A DNA stretch of 64,000 nt. Origin: an uncultured archaeon (GTDB taxonomy: Archaea; Thermoproteota; Bathyarchaeia; Bathyarchaeales; Bathycorpusculaceae). Position 1 is the stretch's first letter. Each line of letters starts with the position of its first letter. The stretch is taken from assembly GCA_963782915.1 (NCBI GenBank), contig CAWALK010000020.1, forward strand, positions 128,001 through 192,000, in the 5' to 3' direction. The translations under genes were made by a program, and so were the position numbers. Of this stretch, positions 57,024 through 64,000 are shown one piece after another. The notes beneath the pieces are model-generated. The model was not told the origin of the DNA, did not search any database, and saw only the letters and a list, made by a program, of their open reading frames with translations.

Positions 57024-57370
57024 TGTTTAGCCTTTTTGATTTTGCCCTCTTGGAGGAGCTTATTGACGGTTTTAAAAGTGATGCTGAATTCTAAACCTAA
57101 TGTATCCGCTATTTCGCTGGCGAAGCTGGGTCCTGGATGGTCTTTTAGGTATTCTTCAATCATGCGTTCTGCTTCTTGTTCCTCGACCTTTTTGACGCTG
57201 ACGACTTCCATACTGCCAAGTTTGTCTCGTACTGATTCTCGTAGGAAATCGGCGAAGCTGCGGTACATTCCTGCGTCAATGAGTTGCTGGACTTTTCGGT
57301 AATCTGATTTGGAGAGTCTGACTGCTGCTTGGAGCCCTTCTGAGCTGGGGAGTTTTTGTTTTTTCACCAT
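57020..57370 (-). CDS. Ribbon-helix-helix plus winged-helix DNA-binding protein
   Basis: AVRLSK..GMYRSFADFLRESVRD; ASEIADTLGL..LLQEGKI. Confidence 0.75.
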   Translation of the reverse strand: MVKKQKLPSSEGLQAAVRLSKSDYRKVQQLIDAGMYRSFADFLRESVRDKLGSMEVVSVKKVEEQEAERMIEEYLKDHPGPSFASEIADTLGLEFSITFKTVNKLLQEGKIKKAKQ

Positions 57371-57448
57371 TACCACTGGTACCAAATGGTATAGAAAGTC
57401 AATAAATATTTTGTATAAGAAAACGGCGAATTAAGATCGCCGATTTAA

Positions 57449-58081
57449 TTAGATGCCTAACCGTTTTACGTTATTGCAATAAAAATTGTCTATGATTCTG
57501 TGTCCTTCAGTGTGCGTTTCATTTCCTACTGTTATGCGTTCAGGATGGAATTGTACACCAAAGAACAGCCTGTCTTTACGCTTAACCGCTTCTACCTCGC
57601 ATGAGGCTGAATCAGCTATCAAGTTGAAGCCTGCACCCTCAAGGCTGTCTTTTTGGACATAATCGTTGTGCCATTCAGCTAATGGAACGGTTTGTCCCAT
57701 TTTGAATCTTGCAAGAATATCGCCAGTCTGAACCACCCTAACCTGTTCGAACTTGTTGATGACTGGTTGCTGTAGTGTTCCAGTTTTGGCGCCGAATGCA
57801 TAGCAGAGCAGTTGGTGCCCAAAGCAGATTCCAAGAAGGGGCACTTTGCATGACTGGATTAGTTTCAAAACTCCTTCGAATTTTGCCCTGTGAGTGGGGT
57901 CAATTATTCGGGCGTCTGATCCACTTATGACGACGGCGCTGATGTCTTCGCCGATTTGATAATCAGTCCCTATATTTGAGTATGGGACGACTTTGCAGAC
58001 TGTGTATTTGTTGAGGGCGTCTCGGAGTTCGTTGATTTTGTTGCTGTCTAAGTAGCAGTTGATTAGTAAGGTTTTGGTCAT
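57449..58081 (-). CDS. Class I glutamine amidotransferase (GMP-synthase-like)
   Basis: LGICFGHQ, GVQFHPE. Confidence 0.88.
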   Translation of the reverse strand: MTKTLLINCYLDSNKINELRDALNKYTVCKVVPYSNIGTDYQIGEDISAVVISGSDARIIDPTHRAKFEGVLKLIQSCKVPLLGICFGHQLLCYAFGAKTGTLQQPVINKFEQVRVVQTGDILARFKMGQTVPLAEWHNDYVQKDSLEGAGFNLIADSASCEVEAVKRKDRLFFGVQFHPERITVGNETHTEGHRIIDNFYCNNVKRLGI

Positions 58082-58180
58082 TTGGCTTTCGACTCGGTTG
58101 TTTGATTAGGTTACGGTGTGGGTTTCTTAGCTTTTTCTATAGTTCCCCTCAAGCGACAGTAGATTAAAAAAATTTGTGCT

Positions 58181-58316
58181 GTTCTGCTTGCAGTTAACGC
58201 CACAACCAGCCTGCAACCCAACCGTGACGCTGTAGAGCAAAAACGCAATCATCCGCAAATGCCTGCTGGTTGTTGTTGTGTATAGGGGTTTTCAGCAACA
58301 ACAACTATAGAAAAAC
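58181..58316 (-). repeat. Dispersed element, left half (copy C, reverse)
   Basis: rc TTTTCTATAGTTGTTGTTGCTGAAAACCCCTATACACAACAACAACCA..GCGTC..GTTGCAGGCTGGTTGTGGCG..CAAGCAGAAC. Confidence 0.85.
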
Positions 58317-58360
58317 AGAGTGCCAACCAACTTTGAGCTAATGGCAAGGAAAAAAGGTGG

Positions 58361-58834
58361 TTACCTTTCGATTATTTCCCGAGTTTTAAGGTAAACATCC
58401 ACTGGTTTGATTGGTGTACCGCAGCCTTTGCAGATCAAAATTTTTCCTGCCTCTGGAATATCTGCCATATTGTTGCATTTGGGGCAGTTGCACGCTTGCA
58501 TTACGATGCTCTTCTTGGTTAACCATTCACGTAGCGAAGCGAAATCTTCGATTGCTTTTGCCTCAAGTGTTCGCTCTGGTCTGCAGATATGTGGTGTTCC
58601 TCTTCTGCCGCATTTCGGGCAAATGTGACCGTACTCGAAAATTTCGAAAACACATGGTAAACAAAGCTTCTTTTTCTCGTATTCTGGTAGCTTCTTCTCT
58701 TGCCCAAACTGGGGTGACGCCATAACCATGAATTTAATGTAGCCTTTGCGTAGCTGCATATTCCAAAATACGGTGTTGCGTTCTGGCCAAGTTAATTCTT
58801 CTCCACATCTTGCACATGTATCCATACAGTTCAA
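58361..58834 (-). CDS. Multi zinc-finger hypothetical protein
   Basis: Five CxxC pairs. Confidence 0.6.
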   Translation of the reverse strand: MNCMDTCARCGEELTWPERNTVFWNMQLRKGYIKFMVMASPQFGQEKKLPEYEKKKLCLPCVFEIFEYGHICPKCGRRGTPHICRPERTLEAKAIEDFASLREWLTKKSIVMQACNCPKCNNMADIPEAGKILICKGCGTPIKPVDVYLKTREIIER

Positions 58835-58842
58835 TCTCCAAG

Positions 58843-59716
58843 TTATTTTTCCGTTGATTCCAGCATTTTGTACATTGTTTCGTAGCTTTCGCCGTAGTCA
58901 CCATCGACTTTGGCAAGTTTAGCTCGTAAGCGGTCCATGCGTGCCATTATGGCTTGGGAATCCTTCTTTTTCATCAACTCAACCCATTCTTCAGCGTTGG
59001 CGATGAATTGTTCCTCCATTTTTTCTAAGCCTGGAACTTTGGTTTGAACGTTGGCGTAGAGGTCGGGGGTTTCCTGCGCAACCGCTTCCGCAAGGGTGAG
59101 TAGCATGCGGTATGTTGTGCCTGCTAACTTTTTGGATTCTGGGAAGGCTGGTTGTTCAAGCAGGGTTTCGCAGGTGACTAACCCGATGAAATGTGATAAT
59201 CCCAAAATAATTGACATGAGCTCGTCATGTTTCTGTGGAGTCATGACAAAGACGTGGGCTTCTTCTTTTTCGAGCCACGCCTTAAACTCCTGTGCGTAAG
59301 CTTCCTCTTCGGGGTTAGTAGGTGTTAGCACGTAGGCTTTGTGTGCTACGCCGTTGCTGCCTGGCCCAAACACTGGATGCGTACCCAACACCAAGCGCAT
59401 CTTTGAGGTATTGATGCATAACGTTAACTGGAAACTCTTTGATAGAACAAACATCCATGACTGCTTGCCCCTGATGGATGGCAGGGGCTATTTTTTTGAC
59501 GGTTTCCTCAAAAGAGGATATTGATACGCAGATTAAGACGCGGTCAGCGCCTTTAACTGCGGTTGGGAAATCAGCTGTTTCTACGCCCAACTCTTTGCCT
59601 AATTTTGAGAGTTTTTCTGCGTTCCTGTCCGCGAGAACCACGGTGTCTCCTTTGGCTTTACACCATTTGGTGTACCAGACACCCATTTTTCCCGCGCCAA
59701 GAACGGCTGTCCTCAT
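58843..59716 (-). CDS. tyrA: Prephenate dehydrogenase (frameshifted)
   Basis: GAGKMG, DVCSIK, HPVFGP, HDELMS. Confidence 0.92.
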
Positions 59717-60794
59717 CAAGTGGCCTCGCAGATTTTCTCTAGTGCAGCTTCGATTTGGTCGTCTGGTGCGGTTAAGCTGATGCGGAAGTGTTCTGGGTAG
59801 TCTCCGAAGCTTGTGCCTGGTGCGACTGCTACGCCTCTGTCGAGTAGGTCGAGGGTGAATTTTACGCCGTCTAAGCCTTCGCGTTTGGGGAACACGTAGA
59901 AGGGTGCGTCTGGCTTGGTGAATTTGAAGCCTGCAGCCGAGAGTTTTGTGGATGCGAGGTCTGCGCGTGCTTTGTATTTGGCTTTGATGTTGGCTGCGAT
60001 TTGTGCGTGGAGTTCCATGCCTTTGAGTGCTGCGTCTTGGATGAAGACTGGGACGTTGTTGAAGGTGATTTGGTTGAGTTTGGTTACGTTGTCTATGTAT
60101 GTTTTGTTGGCGACTATGTACCCGATGCGCCAGCCTGTCATAGTGAAGGTCTTCGAGAAGCCGTTGCTAGAGGATATGTTTAGCTGTCGGCTCCGTAGTC
60201 TAGGATGCTTTTGGTTTTGTTGAAGGCGATTGCTCCATAGACTTCGTCGGAGAGGATCGTTATGCCCTTTTTGTTAGCTAACTCAACTACTTCGTCGAGG
60301 GTTTTGCTGTCCATGACTTTGCTGGTTGGGTTGTTAGGGTTGTTGAGTATGATCATTTTTGTTTCGCTGTCAATTAACTCCTCAAGTTTGGAAACATCGA
60401 CTTTCCAGCCTGTTTCCATTTCTGTGCGGAGTAGCTTGGTTTTTGCGCCAAAGCTCTTAGCGATTAAATCGTAAGCTGTCCAGTAAGGCGTTGGGATGAT
60501 GACGTTGCCGCCGTTCTTGAGCATCAAGAACATAGTAACAAATATAGCCCATTTGGAGCCGGGGGTGATGACAACGTTTTCTGCTTTTACGCCATGGGAT
60601 TCAGCGATTTTTTGTCGCAGACGCAACTCGCCATAGGAGGATGAGTATTTGGTTTTACCCGCCTTCATCGAAGCATAAGCTGCTTCCACGATTTCAGGTG
60701 GAGTAGCCATGTCTGGGTCGCCGAGGTTTAATCGGATGATTTTTTTTCCTTCACTTTCCAGTTTAAGTGCTTTCTCGTTTATTTCATAGAGCAT
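59716..60794 (-). CDS. Class I/II PLP aminotransferase (aromatic/aspartate; frameshifted)
   Basis: GDPD, NNPNNPT, SDEVY, SKTFTMTGWRIG. Confidence 0.92.
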
Positions 60795-60820
60795 AGATCC
60801 GACTCTCCGTTAAGAGTTCT

Positions 60821-61081
60821 CTATTCCTGAACGGCACTGCACATATTAACTATTTCGCGGTAAAGGCGTTCAATTTGGTCTGGGTCTAGCTTGAGCAGTT
60901 CCGCTCTTTCTCTGGCACGTTTGAATACTGCGATTTCTCTTGAGAGGTCCTGGACGGGTTTGCCCTGCTGCTTCTTGAGTTCGCCGATGGCTCGGCATAC
61001 TTTTACTCGCTGGACTATGTCTCTTAGGATTTGGTCGTCGATTGCGTCGACTTTTTCACGTAGCGCTGCTAATTCGCTCAT
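60821..61081 (-). CDS. Chorismate mutase (AroQ type)
   Basis: LREKVDAIDD..R..IGELK..DLSRE. Confidence 0.9.
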   Translation of the reverse strand: MSELAALREKVDAIDDQILRDIVQRVKVCRAIGELKKQQGKPVQDLSREIAVFKRARERAELLKLDPDQIERLYREIVNMCSAVQE

Positions 61082-61085
61082 ATGT

Positions 61086-62191
61086 TTAGTGCTCCTTGAG
61101 GGTTTTTGGGATTTCACCTACACGTATAAGGTGATCCGCTAAGTGTGATTGCGACTGCTGCTTCGATTGCTGGCACCGCTTTGGGAACTACACAGGGATC
61201 ATGACGTCCTTTAACGCTGATAGAGGCATTCTCCATCGATGACATGTTGATGGTCTGCTGCTCTTTGGCAGATTGAGGGCGTCGGTTTGATTGCAACTCG
61301 GATAACTATGGGCATGCCTGAGGATAAGCCGCCTAAGATGCCGCCTGCATTCTCCGTTGCCGTAACCACTTTGCCGCCTTTAATTAGGAAGGCGTCATTG
61401 TTTTCTGAGCCGCGGAATTCTGCAGCTTTGAAGCCAGCCCCAAACTCGATGCCTTTAACCGCTGGAACTGCGAACAGTGCCTTAGCTAAATCTCCGTCTA
61501 ATGTGTCAAAGAGAGGTTCCCCAACACCTGCAGGCATGTTGAGTGCTAAGCATTCGATAACTCCGCCAAGGCTGTCGCCCGATTCTTTAGCGCTGATTAT
61601 GGCTGCCTCCATTTGTTCTGCACAGGCAAAATCTGGGCACCGAGTTGTGGTTGAGTAACGGTTCTTCTTGATTTCCGCTGGGCTGAACTTCTTGTCACTT
61701 TTAACTTGCCCAATTGCCGCAGTGTAAGCTAAAACATCAATGTTGTATCTGCCAAGGAGCTTCTTGGCGACTACACCCGCCATGATAAGCGCCACTGTGA
61801 CCCGTCCTGAGAAGCGTCCGCCGCCTCGATAATCGTTGAAGCCGCCGTATCGGATGCGGGCTGGATAATCGGAATGCGCTGGTCGGGGTAGGTCTTTGAT
61901 GGCGTCATAATCGCTTGATTTAGTTTCCTTATTCTCAACCATTAATGCGATGGGTGCGCCTGTGGTAAAACCGTTAAAGACTCCTGATAGAATTTTGGCG
62001 TGGTCCTTCTCGACTCTGGCTGAAACAATTTTGGGCTCCGCTGGAATCCTGCGGTCCAACTCTTCCTGAAAATCCTCTTCGCCAAGAGGCAACCCCGCTG
62101 GGCAACCGTCAACGACTACGCCAACGACTTTGCCATGGCTCTCCCCAAACGTTGTAACAGTGAATTCTTTACCTATCGAGTTTCCCGCCAA
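61086..62191 (-). CDS. aroC: Chorismate synthase (frameshifted 3' end)
   Basis: FGESHG, PRPAHSD, GGGRFSGR, KPTPS, GRHDPC. Confidence 0.96.
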
Positions 62192-63458
62192 CCACTTCAG
62201 CTCCTAGTTGCTTTATGTGAAGGTAGAACTGCGGATAAGACTTTCTGATGCACTCGGCATGCTCTATTGTGGTTTCTCCTTTTGCGCCGAGTGCGGCGAC
62301 GGCGGCTGCCATGGCGATTCTGTGGTCGTTATGGGGGTCGATGGTTGCGCCGTGGAGTGATGCGCCTTTGATGGTTAAGGCGTCGTCTGTTATTGTGATT
62401 TCTGCGCCCATTTTGCCGAGTTCCTGCTGGATTGATAGTAGCCTATCCGATTCTTTGAGCCTGAAACGTCTTGCACCTGTAATATGAGATGTGCCGTTTG
62501 CGTAACAGGCAAGAACCGCGATGGCTGGGACAAGGTCAGGAATATTTTTTACATCAACCTCTATGGGTTTTAGGGGTTTGCCTGTGCCTTCGATTTCGAC
62601 GCTGTCACGGCAGACTTTGCCTTCTACACCCATCCGTTTGAGAATGGTAAGAATCGCTTTGTCGCCCTGCACCGCTTCATAATCAAGATTGCTAACTGTG
62701 ACTTTGGAGTTGGTGATGGCTGCGGCTGCCAATAGGAATGCTGCTGAGGAGAAGTCGCCTGGGACATTGCTGTCGGTTGCCTTGTAGGCTTGGCTGGCTG
62801 GAACAATTATGCCCTTGTCTTCTAAGCCGACTACTACTGCATGATTGGAGAGGACCGCTTCAGTCATTTTGACGTAATCGGCTGATTCCAGCGGTGAAGT
62901 TAGGGTGATTTCTGTGTCTGCTTCAGCTAATGGGCAAGCAAACATTAGACCCGAAATGAACTGGGAACTCACATTGCCAGCGATAGAGCATTTGCCGCCG
63001 ACGATGCCGCCGCCTTCAACGAAAACAGCGTCTAAATCGCCCTGTTTTCCTACATGGGCGTCTGCGCCAAGCTGTTTGAGGCTCTCAAGCAGTGGCTCCA
63101 CGGGGCGACGCTCAATCGAACCCCTAAACGTAAGAATTGAAGGACCATCTGCCAATGCGGCTACGGGTATCATGAAGCGCAGGGTTGCGCCTGATTCACC
63201 GCAGTCAATGGGCTCCTTTGAGGCTTGGGGTTTTGCGCCTTTGATTGCCCAGCAGCCATCTTGTGCCTTGAATTGTGCGCCTAAAGCGGTGACTGCTCGA
63301 AGTGCAGCTTCGGTATCATCAGATAAAGGCGGATTGAAAATATGTGATGTGCCCTCGGAAAGCGCCGCTGCGATGACCATGCGTTGAGTATAAGATTTCG
63401 AAGGAGGCGCACAAACGCTGCCGCTTAGCTTCTCCGCTTTCTTTACAACTACATCCAT
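62169..63458 (-). CDS. aroA: EPSP synthase
   Basis: PPSKS, GESGATLR, SSQFIS, KESDR, DHRIAM. Confidence 0.97.
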   Translation of the reverse strand: MDVVVKKAEKLSGSVCAPPSKSYTQRMVIAAALSEGTSHIFNPPLSDDTEAALRAVTALGAQFKAQDGCWAIKGAKPQASKEPIDCGESGATLRFMIPVAALADGPSILTFRGSIERRPVEPLLESLKQLGADAHVGKQGDLDAVFVEGGGIVGGKCSIAGNVSSQFISGLMFACPLAEADTEITLTSPLESADYVKMTEAVLSNHAVVVGLEDKGIIVPASQAYKATDSNVPGDFSSAAFLLAAAAITNSKVTVSNLDYEAVQGDKAILTILKRMGVEGKVCRDSVEIEGTGKPLKPIEVDVKNIPDLVPAIAVLACYANGTSHITGARRFRLKESDRLLSIQQELGKMGAEITITDDALTIKGASLHGATIDPHNDHRIAMAAAVAALGAKGETTIEHAECIRKSYPQFYLHIKQLGAEVVGGKLDR

Positions 63459-63461
63459 CTG

Positions 63462-64000
63462 CTAAGCCACCTTGGCTTTCTCACTGTTAAGTTGTGCCAC
63501 CAAAACTTCGCCTTCATACTTCTGCAAGGCAGCTTTGACTTTATCAACATTATCTTTTGATGTTACTGCGGTTACGGCGGGTCCTTTGCCGCAGAGTCCA
63601 GCTGCAACTGCTCCAGCAGCTAAGGCATCGATTGCGATGGTTGTGTTCTGGTTGGATGCGGCAGAATAGACTAAGCCGTTTAGTGTTAGTGCTTCCCAAA
63701 TTTTGCCTTCCATAGCTTTCTCAAAGGCGATTTGGACAAGGGGTTTTACGGTTTTGAGCCTCTCCACATCTGAGTTTATAGTGTAGGCTTTCTGGGGTGG
63801 CACATGGAAAAGCACCACCAAATCCTTTGGAAGCGTTATCTGTTTGAGGATTTGGCGATTTAGGTTGTCGGTTATGACTGCTCCGCCAAAGTAGGATGCG
63901 CATGCATCATCGAAAGCGCCTGTGATTGTGCATTTGGCGTCAAAAGCCGCTTCTACGCCGATTTTTATTATTTCTAAATCGTCCAGTTTCTTGCCTAATG
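63462..64000 (-). CDS. aroK: Archaeal shikimate kinase (GHMP), 3' part; runs off window end
   Basis: ITGAFDDACASYFGGAVITDN, LTLNG, AGLCGKGPA. Confidence 0.9.
   Translation of the reverse strand, partial: LGKKLDDLEIIKIGVEAAFDAKCTITGAFDDACASYFGGAVITDNLNRQILKQITLPKDLVVLFHVPPQKAYTINSDVERLKTVKPLVQIAFEKAMEGKIWEALTLNGLVYSAASNQNTTIAIDALAAGAVAAGLCGKGPAVTAVTSKDNVDKVKAALQKYEGEVLVAQLNSEKAKVA

Noticed and set aside
8681-58316. Repeats interpreted as a CRISPR array, integron attC sites or origin recognition boxes
   Set aside because: Copies are dispersed without regular spacers; no cas, intI or orc1/cdc6 gene; no clear attC R-box pairing or ORB consensus
3492-62191. Many split genes (carA/B, thrC, hom, ilvB, leuC, aroC, nuoL/M, yprA/B) read as pseudogenes or programmed frameshifts
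   Set aside because: Single-base indels are spread across otherwise intact essential genes with no other decay; long-read consensus errors explain them best

Overview
Archaeal chromosomal segment, most likely Bathyarchaeia (TACK). This assignment is inferred from the thermosome, two TFB paralogues, an archaeal GHMP-type shikimate kinase and a secreted 'DPYTG' paralogue family. Single-base frameshifts break many essential genes, which points to uncorrected long-read indels rather than pseudogenes. Content in order: thermosome 5' end; a TetR-headed operon (flavodoxin, pyruvyl-transferase-like protein, acyl-reductase/adenylation fusion, V4R-like protein, GMC/FeS oxidoreductase, membrane protein); GNAT; nuclease-like ORF; TFB-yprB-yprA-TFB; a 29-aa acidic Cys peptide beside a B12 radical SAM gene; a group 4 [NiFe]-hydrogenase with a complex-I-like membrane arm; and a ~32 kb amino-acid biosynthesis supercluster (thr, arg/car, ilv/leu, aro/phe/tyr) interrupted by accessory genes. 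The main unexplained signals are: (1) a dispersed ~200-nt bipartite intergenic element (about 9 full or partial copies) that brackets one gene and abuts a 5'-truncated gene at a shared end; (2) a conserved structured 5' leader on both TFB genes; (3) the reductase-adenylation operon; (4) the acidic Cys micropeptide. No rRNA, tRNA, CRISPR array, transposase or integrase was recognised.
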